In this document: piece by piece, positions 27,208-43,925 of the stretch
How the letters are laid out: each line of letters starts with the position of its first letter
Numbering within the stretch: position 1 is the stretch's first letter
Notes under the pieces: generated by a model
Database searches by the model: none
What the model was told of the DNA's origin: nothing
What the model saw: the letters and a program-made list of their open reading frames with translations, nothing else
NCBI RefSeq assembly: GCF_009914755.1
Contig: NC_060927.1
From: the human T2T-CHM13v2.0 reference genome, Homo sapiens
Length of the DNA: 64,000 bases
Strand: one strand, 5' to 3'
Position numbers and translations under genes: made by a program

Positions 27208-28120
27208 TTACTTTCACCCTAATTAGTAGGTCAGCACTAATGAAGGCAAAGTCACAGGCTCAACCTTGCCTACTGCTCCTGCTCCTAATTAGAGTGAGAT
27301 GATCTCAGAGACTTACTGAATTAAGTTGGTCCCAAAGGGATAGGGCACAAGAACTTGAGCAGACAGCATACACCCTTGATATAAAACGATCATCTTCACA
27401 TAAAAATAAATGTTAGGATATGTGATAATCCAGGCTTGTGGGTAAACTACTTTATATCTGTTCTCATGTTTCTCCTTTGAGGTATTTTTTAAAAATCCAA
27501 TGAGAAAACATTTGTGTCCTTCAATAATGCATTTTGTACATAACATACCTCTCCACTCCCATCCCCAGTACTCCCTACCCCCTGCTAGCTCACTTCCCCA
27601 CCAGCCCCCTCAAGGTTGGTGAAGAATACCTTCAATTTCCCTCCCATGTTAAAAATGGCAACCATTTATCATATAATAATAATTACAATGAAGAGTTACC
27701 CACCCAAGCACTCAAACTAAGTAAAAAACCTAGAGACACATTTTTAAAACTCTAAGACATCCTTGGACCCTCACTGACATAACTGTAAAACATATAAAAA
27801 CCACCCTCACTGACATAACTCCTAAATTCCAGTTTCAGCTGATAGTGTTATATAAACATAACCTCCATTTCTGGAAATGTGGAAATAAGGTGGGTTTGTT
27901 TTTTCTCCAAATTGTCCTATACTGTTAAAAAGTTGGGGTCATTGCTAATGAAAATGGCAGCCCTCACAGGGCTTAGGGGCATGCCTGAAACCCTGCGTGC
28001 AAAATAATTGAAGATTACAATCAATCAGCTCTCATATTCATGAGCTAAGCAAGGTTTAAACTATGATCTCAAATCTTAGCCTGGAAACTGAGCAATTTTA
28101 AGCTTGGGTATTAGTCAAGC

Positions 28121-28213
28121 AAAGAAAGAGGAAGGAAGGAAGGTAGGAGAAAGAAAAGCCGAGAGAAAGAAAGGAAGAAAGGAGAGGAGAGAGGAGAGAA
28201 GAGGAAAGAAAAG
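28121..28213. repeat. Polypurine (GA-rich) low-complexity tract
   Basis: aaagaaagaggaaggaaggaagg...ggagaggagagaggagagaagaggaaagaaaag, with only 3 pyrimidines in 93 nt. Confidence 0.9.
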
Positions 28214-28225
28214 CAGGTTCCTTAC

Positions 28226-28285
28226 CTTCATGGCTGCTGGAGAAATAACCCCCTCTCATGTAGGATGACTGGCAGTTAGGCACTT
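28226..28285 (-). CDS. ETV5: ETV5 coding exon 9 (60 nt): EVPNCQSSYMRGGYFSSSHE(G)
   Basis: Acceptor CTTTCAG|, donor |GTAAGG; phase 1-1; peptide visible in ORF 28098..28310. Confidence 0.95.
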
Positions 28286-29621
28286 CTGAAAGGAAAGCAA
28301 AGGTGGACACAATCCTGTCAATAGTTTCTGCAGCAGAAACAGCACATCGGTCAACTGCAGCTCTGTGGTAAAGCCCCTAAACTTCCTGCTCTGGGGTCAT
28401 GTCTTTCTGGCTTTGTCCTGGGAAAGAGGTGCCACACCAATAAGCAAGATGGCAAACACCATAACCCACCAGCTGAAAGGCAGGCTCTCCTAATCAAGAG
28501 TCACGGGAGGAAAAAAAAGATGTTTCACTCTCATTGTTCACTTATTTTAGAAATGTGTTAACACTAAATCTGGTGAAAGAGCCAATGGCAGGGGAAAAAA
28601 TACTGGCTTTCAAAAGGCCAAGCCTGGCCTCTTGCCCATGCTGACTCCTGGGTGTTAGGGTGGGAACGGGAAGAGGACTGCTTTAGATCTTTTCTAATTT
28701 GCTCCCCTTTACTGCTGGTGGTCACATCTAATTTTGCTCCAACAGGTGGGAGTATTTTTAGGCCAAAGGGATTAGGGGACCTGAAGTTAGGAAGCCAGGA
28801 CCAGCATTGGAAGGGGTAGAGGATTGCAGTTTGGTCCATTTTTGCCATGCTGGGGCTGTCATACTGAAACCAAACCACACTCAAGTGATCTCTTCTTCAG
28901 CCATCATGTTATCAGTGTCCATCGAGACGAAAGACAGTAATTTGAGTTGTGTCCATGTGGGATGAGCCATCACCCTGGCAATACAACTCAGATCAAAGAA
29001 TTACAGATATGGTAACCTCTGTTGAGTGTCTTGCTTTAAGGGAGTGGAGTGGGGTGCAAAACCCATCAGGACAGATCAAAATGTCAGTCTTAAAGGAAAA
29101 AATGTTGCTGTTCATGCTACTCCTGAGAAAAATACATCAAAGCTTTCCAGAGGAATGCTGATGGAAATGTTTACACACGATCACTACCTCACACTTGGTA
29201 ATTTTTCTGTCATAAAGCAACAGGTCTCTCCCTTCTGCCTATTTCCTCAGCATTTCCCATAACCAACTGGTGCCTGAATAGATCAATCTATGTATTATCT
29301 CAGAGAAGGTCGAGCAAATTCCATCCAAAACTGAACCCCAACACTCTCCAGGCTTGGACTCAGAGATGTACTTCATACCACTTCTGAATGCCTACCGCAC
29401 TTCCTACCACTTACATAGCTTTTCTGTTTTGTTTTGTATTCCATTGCGCATAAACATGTCAGCTCTACCAGCTCCTAAGTTATTTGAGGGCAATTCTTAT
29501 AAAAATTATAAAAAATTCTTATAAAAATTCCTGTCCCCAAGGCCCTGCATGTATAAGACACTGAATAACGAGACAGAAGAATGCAAGAATGAAGCAAAGA
29601 ATAGCACAATTTGATGCTGAC

Positions 29622-29881
29622 CTGAATCGACGCAGTAATCCCGAGGCTCCTGCTTGATTCCCATTGGTGACTGGAACCCGTGTGCTGGGGGCCCTGGCAT
29701 GCCCGGGACCCCATGTTCATAGAGTGGGTCATGGTATTCTTGTTTGAATCCCTGAGGGGGCGGGGGAGCTGCAGGGACAATAGGTTCTGACATTTGCCGA
29801 TGGTAACTGGGGCGATTATCTCCAGGAACTCCTGGCTGAGGAGGGAAGGGGTGGCAGGGTTCAGACAGTTGTCTCTGAAAT
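29622..29881 (-). CDS. ETV5: ETV5 coding exon 8 (260 nt): [14 protein letters not shown]...RQMSEP...FKQEY...[12 protein letters not shown]
   Basis: Acceptor TTACAG|, donor |GTCAGC; phase 2 to 1; PEA3-family RQxSEP and psi-K-x-E motifs. Confidence 0.97.
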
Positions 29882-30289
29882 CTGTAAGAAGAAAGAGGTT
29901 TTCATGTTGAACAAAGACTTGATGAATTCCTACTATGATTGAGCACTGGGGACTAGAAGTTCCAATTAATGAAATTATTTGCAAAGTACTTAATAATGCT
30001 TATTTCTGGGCATTTTACCCTCTTCCCAAAATTACATTGTGTATTTCGAAGCTCTTGAGTCAGGAAGTGGCAAAAAAAAAAAAAAAAAAAAAAAAATCAA
30101 AGCAATGATGTGGTAGCCTCTTATCTTCCATGTATGTATATTTTATGCACAGTCTATCTGTATAGATGGGCCAGATTATGTATCTGAATATATGAGACCA
30201 ATTATCTGCAAATAGCACTAACATATACATAAATGTTTGTTCACTAGTTCATCCATTCTCTCACCTATAGATAGAAGGAATTTTTAAAG

Positions 30290-31870
<1,581 letters not shown>

Positions 31871-33318
31871 AAGTGTTTTTCCTTTTAGCTTGGAAGATGA
31901 GCAGGCAGTTACTAATTCTGTGCCAGGTACCTGAACAGCAATTCAGTCACAGATGATCAGGTATAACTACAAAGATGGTCACCAATGCAGCTGTCTAACA
32001 AGGAAACTGGCTATATATATTATGATACAGTCATTTGGTTGAAAGCAACCATTAGAAATTACATAACATGTAAATATATAAGGTCTTGGAAAGGTATTTT
32101 TGACATATTAAGGAAGGTTGCTAAACAGTACGTAGAGTATCAAAGCTTAGCAAAAATAAAAGTAGTAGTATGGTGTCATATAAAACCACAGAAAGACTGA
32201 CATTTAGATATTAACACTGCCTATCTGTGGGGTGGTTATAATTTTAGGTGATTTTCTTTTTTTGCTCATCTATAGTTTGATAATAAATATGCACTGTTTT
32301 TTTAACAAGATAGAATAAAAACCTGTTGCTACTAGTCGAGTTTCCTTAACACTCTTCAGCTGTCAGATAAATCCAGATGTGTGCCAGCTGCCCTTTCCCT
32401 GTTGGGTGTGCAGTGTAGAAGGGAAAGCCTGCCATGCCTTAGTAGGGAAGTGACCAAAGGCAAAGTTTCTTGGCTTTGTTTGCTTATCTGTGACATGGGG
32501 ATGTATTATCCTCCAAATGCTCCTGAAATGGTGAAATACAATCATGTCTGTAAAGTATGGTTTCTGCCACAGCCATAATTGACAGACTATAGAGTTTAGG
32601 AAGGTGGTTGTGGAAGGCTGGAGATGTGTGAACTCTCAGTCCATGAAACAGACAGGAAGCACTAATCTATGTGTATAAAGAAAAGCATTTGTGAATATAT
32701 ACCCTCAGTTAGAAAGTAGGAGCCAAGCTTCAAGGAAAAATAATACAATCCTGTAATATTAAGGTCTTATTCTCTACTTTTAGCTTGAATTCTATTAATT
32801 CAAAGAATTCTTGAATAGCTTTAATAAAATAGTTTGAATTTGATTTGAATCAATGTGTGGGAACAGGTGGTCAGCAGATTTCTAGAACATCAAGATTTAC
32901 AATCTTAAACTGAAGAGATCTGTGTACAGATAGAACACTGTTTACATCAGGGTATAGCACAGCACAATATACTGCCTTTACTACTCTACCTAAAGCAGCA
33001 CGGTAAGATCATTTTATAATATGAAAACTACTGGGCAATTTACATGTACTTATCCTTTTATCCCAGACATCAAAAGCCTCAGAATCCACCTGGCCAATGT
33101 CTTAAACAAGTTTTACCAACTACTGAAGGTTCAGTGGGCTGATAGCCTTTCATGGGGCGCTGAATGCCTTACGGCACAACTTCTTCAAGAAACCTTTCAA
33201 TGGTCTTTGAAGAAGTGTAAATTCCCGTCTCAGGTTTACACTTGACGTTTAGAACATGGGCACCGGCAGCATGCCGCAAACCTAAAGGGAATTCTTTCAG
33301 AAAAGAGAGACGAAGTTG

Positions 33319-33929
<611 letters not shown>

Positions 33930-35490
33930 GAAGATATTCTTAAGGCCTTATTTTTGTAAAGTGCCCACATCTTGTGCTACTTGAAAGGAATGGTAGTAAC
34001 GCCTTCCATTTTCTCTCCCTTTCCCCTCTGCCACCATCCCAGCACCTTCGAAGGTGACCTCCAGAAATCAGTTCCTTTGATAGCTCCGAGATGGCATGTG
34101 CCGCTCAGTTCTGTAACCAGAGCCTCTGCAGCTGGCAGGCTGGTGGCCTCACTTCCGCTTAGTGCTCATCTTTTCTCACCTTCCAGAATGAAACTCTAGA
34201 GTTGGCCTGGTATGGCCTCCTCAGGAAAAGGTACTTCCACATGGGCACTAGCCAGCAACCTCATCCCCTCCCCGCGGCATAACTTTAAGGATGCGCAAAG
34301 CTTAGAGGCCTGTGATCTGCAGAACAGATTCTATAATTGGGATTGTTCCGTACTGGTTTGTCTTGAGACAGCAGGAGTGGCCAAGGGGGATCTCAGGGGT
34401 AGGTCACAAAGCCAACATATTTGGAAGAAAGATTCTCAGAGCTTGCTGCTGATAATGTCTTTTATGTGCAGAGATTAGTGAAGTCATTCAGTCCTTGTCC
34501 TCAAAATACATCCTGTGAACTTTACTCACTGACCTTCACTTGAACCACCCTCCCTTCTCCAGTCCTTTTGAAGTATCTAAGAATGTGTTGTATACATAAT
34601 ACAGCTACAACAAAGATGCCTCTAATTTACCAAGGCAGGCAATCACTTTCAGTGAAGGCACAGCCTGGTTCCTACCAAACCTCCTCTTCCTCCCCTTAAC
34701 CTCCTCCCTTCCATCCACTCCCACCATTAGCCCAACAGAGTGCACGTGTAAGGAACTCACATTTGGTGAGCAAAGGGACTTCTGACTCCGAATAAGCCTA
34801 AATTCAATAGGTCACAGTTTAAGGCTTTTTCGGTGCCAGTTTATTTAAAGAACTAGTTATTTATTTATTTGTCAGATTTATATAGCGCCTTTCCTCCCAC
34901 GAGCTCACCCACACTCCCAACATTTGGTTTACGTTATGAAAACCGTTAGATGCTTTTTCTGCATTTCCTTTCTGGTTTCTGCTGCCAGCACACAGAGTAA
35001 ACACAATGCTCACAGGAAAAAAAAAAAGGAGAAAAGGATCTGACAGAGGTTATATAGTGATTATGGGTGCCAGGTGAAGCAGTGGCCGTTTAAAGGCCAG
35101 CTGAGAGATGATACATAAAATCTGCCAAGAAATCAACATCATGCACTTAGTACTTCCGTTAAGGCTCAGGGAAGAAGACGGAAAATCGAGAAGCAGCACA
35201 GCTGGGTAAGAGGCTGTGGCTGTGAAGTCAGAACATCCTAGGCTGAAGTCCAACCTTTACCACTCAGTAGCTGTGTGACCTTGGATGAGTTATCTAACCG
35301 CTCTGAAGCCTCAGTTTCCTCTCCAAAAAAATAAGGACAGCCAGGATACCTTGTAAAGATGATGTAAGATAATGTATGTTATAAGGCCCGGCCCTGTTAT
35401 AACACTGGTAAGTTCTCAATAAACATTATCTTCAACTGCCCCACCTTCTCCCCACAACTCCCAAGCTAAAATCAGAAGATATGCAAATAT

Positions 35491-36209
<719 letters not shown>

Positions 36210-36672
36210 AAGATATGCAAATAAAAGAGAAGATCTTAAGGAACTGGAAGACTATGACACACACAAACCATGCACAAATCAAAGGAGCCCACTGGTTGCC
36301 TTTTCAATATCCATTCTCCTTTTTCAGAAAGAGAATGCTGATTTTTATTGGAGGTGGCAATGTGCCAACTTCACAATGATGTTTATTTTCCTGCGATATA
36401 ACGAAGAGCCAGACACTGTCCCTAAACGTACACCAAAGAACTCTGAAACAACTCCATAAGGCCTGCCAACATTGCTGAGACTCAAATGGGCCCATTTAAA
36501 CTGTGAGAAGACATTGAGAGATAAGGAACAAAAAGCATGTCCTTTGTAGGCCTACCTGTTTGTCTGACTTCTCAAGATCAAATATGGGAGAGGGATGGTG
36601 ATGAAACTAAGACATGTCCCCAGGATATCAGATGGTGAAAGTATTAGTTGTAGATATAACATTAATAACTTT

Positions 36673-36977
36673 GGCTGGGCGTGGTGGTGCACACCTGTAA
36701 TCCCAGCACTTTGGGAGGCCAAGGCAGGCAGATAACCTGTCAGGAGTTCAAGACCAGCCTGGCCAACATGGTAATATCCCACCTCTACTGAAAATACAAA
36801 AATTAGCCGGGTGTGGTGGTGTACTCCTGTAATCTTAGCTACTAGGGAGGCTAAGGCAGGAGAATCGTTTGAACTTGGGAGGGGGAGGTTTTAGTAAGCC
36901 GAGACTGCACCACTGCACTCCAGCCCGTGCGATGGAGTGAGACTCCGTCTCAAAACAAAACAAAACAAAACAAAAAA
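36673..36977 (+). mobile_element. Alu (S type)
   Basis: Full dimer with (CAAAA)n tail. Confidence 0.95.
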
Positions 36978-37359
36978 TATTAGTGTGATGATGAAAAGAT
37001 CAGGGAGAAAGGCAGCATTACATTTTAAAAACTTAACATTAAACAATGAAGTTTCTCAGTTTGCGATACCTACATCATTTAAGGAAGTGTCCTTTAGTAT
37101 AGTTTATGTAAAATAAAAGTGATTTTCAAAAAGTAAAATTGTCATAGAAGCTAACATTTACTGAACACCTCTGTCCAAGCGTGATTTTATTTAATCTACC
37201 CAACGCTTCTGTGTGGTATCTATTATCCTATTTTCAGACGAAGAAACGAAAGTTTGGAGAAGTTGAGTGCCTGCCTGAGGTCACACAGCAGCAGAGCGGC
37301 GATTCAACCCCAGATCTGTCAGTCTGTCCAACTCCAGAGCCACTGGCCTATACTGTTTC

Positions 37360-38960
37360 TACAATCATTTAAAAATACTCTCTGGATGAGAGATAATAAA
37401 AATCATATAGTCCAGGCAACCAGAAAAATCTCATACGTTTAGAAATTAAGAAACATATCTATAAAGAACTCCAAGGTTGAAAGAAATAATAGAAAATACT
37501 TGGAGCTGAATTTTTAAAGTACTGCAAATCAGAACCTGTGCAATGTATCTAAAGCAGAACTTGGGTAGGGAGATCAAATAACTGATTGTCCAAACCAGGA
37601 TCCTTTGGAGAGTGCAAGAAGCTATTAGCAATCACTTCTAAACAAGGCATAGACAGACCATAAGTGACCTGGCAAACTTCCATGTACAGTCACCCCAGCC
37701 TTAAGAGAAATTTTATATGGTTTTGTGCTTACATATTATAAAGAAAAAGGGCTAAAAATTAGTGAGCTAATCATACAACAAATAAGTTGGAAAAACAGAA
37801 TAAACCCAAAGAAAACAAAGAATAAAGTATTTTAGTGAGAGCAGAAATCAATGAAACAGAAAACACCCGAGAGAGAATAAGTAAGGCCAAAAGTAGATTT
37901 GTTGAAGACAATATTGTCTGCCAAGACTAAGGAAAAAAAAAGGTCTATATAAATAATATCAAAAATGAAAAAGACAACTACAGATGCTATAGAGATTTTA
38001 GAAAGGGCACCATGAATAACTTTATGTCAATTAATTTTAAAACTCACACAAAATGGACAACTTCTTAGAAAAATTTATTTATTAAATTTATTCAACTAAA
38101 TAGAAATCCAGGGCAAAACTGTAAAATGTGAAGACACTGAGCCAGTAATTAAAAATCTTCCTACAAAGAAAATGCCAGGCCCAAATGGTTGTTAGCAGTA
38201 AATTCTTCAAAAAGTTCAAGGAATAAAGACTTCCAATTTCACATGAGATGTTCTAAAATATAGAAAACGGAAGACACCCTCTACTCATTTGATGAGTATA
38301 ACCTTAATGCTAAAACCTAGCAAGGACAATATAAGAAAGAAAAATTATGTACTTTCTCAATCATGAAGACAGATGTGGAAGTCTTATATATTTATATTAG
38401 AAAACCCAAACTCAGCAATGTACAAAATATAATACAGAATAAACAAGTTAGGGCTGGGCATGGTGGCTCATGCCTGTAATCCCAGCACTTTGGGAGGACG
38501 AGATGGGTGGATCACCTGAGGTCAGGAGTTTGACAGCAGCCTGGCCAACATGGTGAAACCTTGTCTCTACTAAAAATATAAAAATTAGCTGGGCGTGGTG
38601 GTGCCCGCCTATAATTCCAGCTATGCACCCAGATGGCGCCACTGCACTCCAGCCTGGGCGACAGTTAGACTCTGTCTCCAAAAAAAAAAAAAAAAAAAAA
38701 AAAGAATAAACAAGTTAGGTTTGTCACAAGAATGCAAGGTTGGTTTCATATAAATCAGTGTAACTCACCATATTAAGAAATTAAAGGAGAAAATTATTTG
38801 ATCACCCCAAAAGAGGCAGTATAAATGTTTAATGAATTTCAACCTCTGTTCATGTTAAAAAACTTTCAGTAAACTGGGGATAAAAGGAAATGTCCTTTAG
38901 CTTGTTAAAAGGTAACAAGAAGCCTACAGTAAACATGATGAAATGCTAAAAACAAACGCT
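37360..38960 (+). mobile_element. Old L1 ORF2 fragment (endonuclease to RT region), interrupted by an Alu
   Basis: ccaggcccaaatggt (PGPDG-like) and atgcaaggttggttt (MQGWF) L1 ORF2 motifs; A-rich plus strand. Confidence 0.8.
38452..38703 (+). mobile_element. Alu with right-arm deletion
   Basis: TSD agaataaacaagttagg on both sides; pure A tail. Confidence 0.93.
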
Positions 38961-40126
38961 CTTAAGACTCAGAACTAAAAAAACCTACGCACTCTAACCA
39001 TTACAAGAACATCATTCAGTCTGTCAAAGAAGGATCCATTAAGCATCCATGAAACTCAGTTTCAGATCCCAAAGTGAATCTGTGCTGCCATACACAACAT
39101 GTTATTAACAGGCACTTGGAGAAGAGATGCATCAGGCACATTCACTTTATTCCAGGCCAGGCTACAAATGTGACTTACAGTCAAGTTCATTCCTCTCTAA
39201 AAATTATTGTACTACAAAATCTGAAGGACAAAAAATGAATAGCAATTTACTTTAAGGGTAATGAACTTTAAGAGAGGAAGAAAAAACAAGAGGAAAAACG
39301 AGTATATAAAATCTCTTAATTTATCTAGCATCCTTAAGGAATTGGTAGTTTTTGTTAAATCAAAATTCCAGAAAACTTAGCCCATCCCTTTAAGCTCTGA
39401 ATCCTCAATAATAACCACCGAAGCAGACGTTCTTGACATTCTCAAACAGCTTAGGCTGTTTCCTCCTTCAGAAGACACTACCCAGTTGACCTTTTCCTGA
39501 TGACTCCAGCACTACACATTTTGTTCTGTCAATTACAGCATGCTAGCCTACCACAATACTGATGCCCTTAGGGGCTATCCAGAAGCAGAGGATTCTTCAG
39601 GTACAGGAGCATTTTCTTAAATGTTGCTGCTTCTTGGGTTTTAACCTCTTTGGTTGATGTCAAGTAAGTGAGAAAGCAGTGTATTCCAAAATTCTTAGAG
39701 ATACATTTTTCTTAGTGGAGCTTCTTCAGTTGAATTGCAGGGCTTTCCTCAACTCAAGATATAATGAGATACGGTTTAATAAAAGCCAAAAATATATACG
39801 GCCAGTACTATAGGAATATTTTTCTAAGTTCCTCCACCCAGCACATGTAAACATCATAAATAACACAATGAGAAAACTCACAAGATTGGGAAGGCTGAAG
39901 GAAAAAACATTTTTTCAGCCGGTCTTTCAGGATAAGTGGCACATGTCTGAACATGTCAAATTACATGTCTTTTCCCCTCTCCTTGTGGGGAGGAAATCAC
40001 TGGTATAAATCATGGCTTTCAAACACAGTATTTATCTTCTAAAAATAAATTGAGTTGTGAAGAATTACATGCTAAGACTATATAAAACATTAAGAATGTA
40101 CTTTTTTCTTTCTTCATTATTTTCTT

Positions 40127-40412
40127 AGAGATGGGGGTCTCACTGTGTTGTCCAGGCTGGAGAGCAGTGGCACAATGAGATCATGGGAGTTTTGACCTGC
40201 TCTGTTTCTGACCCCTGGGCCAGCTCACCTCTGCTTAGACAATTTGGTGGTCCCCACTCCCAGGAGGTCACCATATTGATGCTAAACTTAGTGTGGACAC
40301 CTGATAGATCGGCATAGTGTACTACAGAGCCCAGGACTCCCGAGGGCAAGTGATCCTCCCACCTCAGCCTCTCAAGTAACTGGGACTACAGGTGTGTGCC
40401 GCCATGTGTGGC
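40127..40412 (-). pseudogene. 7SL (SRP RNA) processed pseudogene
   Basis: Alu-like ends flank the 7SL S-domain (plus strand gggagttttgacctgctc...caggaggtcaccatattgatgc...aacttagtg). Degenerate tail at 40102-40126; TSD aagaatgtactttt (40092-40105) / aagggtgtactttt (40413-40426). Confidence 0.9.
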
Positions 40413-43400
40413 AAGGGTGTACTTTTGACTAGATTACATTTTAGCTATTTACGGTATAATTTTAGCAAACTTTTATCACTATCAATAAACATATACTGAG
40501 GACAAATAAGGTACAAGGCTAAATGTGGCCTAAAGAAAGGAGTCTAAATCACAGGTTTTTATCCTCAAAGAGCTTACTCTATTCAACTGAACAGATACGG
40601 CACACCCAGCAAAACAAAAAAGACACATGTTAAGCACATGGGTTTGGATTAAATGATGTAGGAATTTATTAAGATTTTGTAGTTGAAGAGATAGATAGAA
40701 CTTAAAAGTATAATAAAAAAACAGATAATGTTCAAGGTCAAAACAAATTTATCAAGGTCAATTACTCAGTTTTTATAGTAGACATTAGTGGATGTTAGCA
40801 GCCCAAATAAAATCATAACTGAAACAAATGGCGTAATTACACGTCATGGAAGTTTTTGGTTGCTGAATGTAGGACCCTGTATTTGGCTATGTGAGCTTTA
40901 GAAAGTCCTTTAACTGTGCTGAGGCTTGATTTCTAACCTATAAAATGGGTTTTTTCACTCTGCCTATGTCACAGGGCTGTTAAAAGTTTCAAATGAGGCT
41001 CTCTTTACTTCTATCATGCAAAATACCATATATTTGTATTAGGGATTTCGTTTTGAAGTAATAGTCCCTCTAATCTTAATAAAAAGTTCTAGGCCAAGAG
41101 ACAACCTATAGTCACCAATAAAAGTAATCTGCCCCACTTTTGGGCAGGCATAAAAGTTATTAAATATGTGATTATGAAGCTTGATATTATCCATGACTGT
41201 AATTTCTATTACTTTTACAAATATCAAACCAGGGATTTTGGTCTGTCTCATTTTCTGTGTACTATCCAGTATCTAGAAGAAAAATCACTGTCACGTTTTT
41301 GATGCGTTTTATGTCACATAGATATCACGTGGATGACCATATTAATAGACAAAGGCAGTAGGAACAGAATTTGGTAATACATGCTTTAAATAAAGGTAGG
41401 GTGGAATAAGGATGAGGGTAGAGAGAGCTGGATCACAATTTCTCAAAGTGTGACAAGACTATATCCAGGCCCCGCCCCAGGCCCACACACTCTATCTCTG
41501 AATGTTAACAAGGACTCTGCATTGAAAATCCCCGCTCCACACTCCCATGGGGACTCCTGTGCACTTTCAACTTTGAGAGGACAGCACTCTTGAGTGGAAA
41601 TCCAAGTGCCCAGTGTTGTTTGTAATCGATTTGGTCACCTACAGAATTCCTCCCCCTTCACCTCAATTACCTCAAGGATCTCTGTATCACCCCAGTGTGT
41701 GTGTGAGAGCTTTGAATTTTAGACCCATCAGTCTCAAAGGCAGAGTATAACAAGAAGTAAGTCCAAAATGCACAGGCAGACTTCAAGGAGGAATCACCCA
41801 AGAAAAGAAATACCTGCATTCTGGTTCCCTCCTCTCTTCCTTTCAACACCCACGGGCAAATAACTCATCAATCCCAGGAATCCAAACCTCCTTCCTTCTC
41901 AGGGGGCTGGGTGGACTGGAGACAGGCTTATTTCACAGCTGAGACTGGGGCTACCCATCTCCCAATTCTCCAGGAGAACTAGGATATTTGTCTCCCAACT
42001 CAGTTAACTGTTAATACAGTATGTTACATAAGCCCCTTGGATAAAAAACAAGGATTGAGGGGGAAATATTAGATAAAGGAATTTTCTTTTACAGTTCATG
42101 GTATAACAAATAGAAGTTTGCTAAGAGTTTCAAATACTGAATATATACTCGACCCCACACTTCCTCCCCAGTTTCCCCATAACCCTTGCAGAAAATCAGC
42201 AAGATGCTGTTTAAAAACACCAAAAAACCATTGAAATAAAAATGATATCTAGGCCAGAGTTCACAAATTGGCAGGCCTGCAGGGTGATTTTGCCCAGAGA
42301 AGTTTTGTTTAGTCTGCAGAGGTGTTGTTTTTAATTTGAATTAGTTGCCAACTTAAAAAAAAAAGTCTACAATTTTTACATAAAAAACCAAGTAACCAAA
42401 TTCTTCTGCACAAGTACAGGTTGTTAGTACAAGGTAACAATTGCCAAAAGCTCAGCGGCAGCTGTGTCCTCCAGATGAGTCCCCGGTGGCAATAGAGGCC
42501 CACTCCAGAGCCAGCCCCCCACAACCCCGTCAGTGCTCACCCCTTGAGCCCTGTGTAACACAGGCGTTCGTGTTCCTTGGCCTAACCAAGGAATAAACAG
42601 CAACCAGCCATATTTTGCCGTTCTTAATGGTGACTTTCAGAGCAAAACGGGAAGGGGATCAGAACCAGACAAAGGGACCTTATTTTTTCCCCTGCATTTC
42701 ATCTAGAAATAAAATGACCTCCAAGTAAATACTGGTAGGCATCTGGAATGGACCAGGCCTGGGAAAGGTATACTCATATATTCTTCCCACTCCCGCTCCA
42801 TTGTGGCCCCCACACCGATCCACCTAACACAAGATAGATAGATATGAAATACCATGGCCACCATCTTGCATCCTTTGGTAATATTGTTGACAACTACCCC
42901 CCTATCCCAGAGAAACTTGAAATAAAGACAGGCCCCCAGCACATCTTCTATAAAAGAAGGCCACAAGCATCCGAGATTCTAGAATACCACAGATAAAGAG
43001 GTCAGGTTTGGAGTGTGCAGAGAAGGTTCCCTTCACACACTTTTTTGACAAATGAATGACTCTGGACAAGTTACTCCTGATGCCTCAATGCCTGTAGAAA
43101 TGTAAAAACCACCTGCAGTGTAACCAGGAGATTTCTATTTCAAAAGCAGATGTACAAATAAGGTCCTTAGCTAATCTCCTACTGTTAAAACATGTTAAAA
43201 TCAGATAAGTAATATTACCTTGTATAAATCAGCAATTGTCCCTTATATGTAAGTGAAATGGTAATAACTGAAGTTCAATTCTATTAATAGTAGGCAGCAT
43301 CCAATGAGGAGTCAGGAACCTGCCCTCAGTGAGGGACAAGACTATCCTGGCAAGTCATTCTTCCTCTAGTTCTGTGAGACGGGAGAATACCAGTTACCTC

Positions 43401-43637
43401 TCCCTTACCTACTTTATAAGGATGTCGTAGTCCATCAACCATCTGGAGTACCTTGGGAACAGGGTGGTATATAAACAGTCATATTCGTATTATCATTAGT
43501 CTTGCCTCACAAGCTGCCTCAATGTAATGATAACTTTTTAGGAACCTGGTAAATAAGACAAACTGCTTCCCCTCTCCCAGTGAGAAAGGATAGGAGTGAG
43601 GGAGACAATTAAGGAAGAAGCCCAGATCAACACCCAC

Positions 43638-43925
43638 CTCTGTTCTGATGGATACTGGTTTTCAGGCATCATCTTTGGCATCTGCAGGGGCTGATGTGGT
43701 GGTCGGGGGACCGCAAATGTTTGCTGCTGTGGTCCAGGCTCTGGAAGCGAATGGGGGGCGGGGGCGGGGCCCACACCTTGAACTGGGCCAGCTGCAGGGG
43801 CATGCCCTGAGGTGGGCAGAGTTGCCTGAGGTGGGGGAAATAGGGGATTCTGATGGGTGGGTGAGAGGGGGGTTGTAGGAGGGGTTAATGGCTTGAACCC
43901 AGAGGGAGGCTTCCTATCATAGGCA
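43638..43925 (-). CDS. ETV5: ETV5 coding exon 7 (288 nt), proline-rich: [22 protein letters not shown]...ENQYPSEQ(R)
   Basis: Acceptor TTTACAG|, donor |GTGGGT; phase 2-2, in frame with exons 6 and 8; lies within ORF 43538..44101. Confidence 0.97.
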
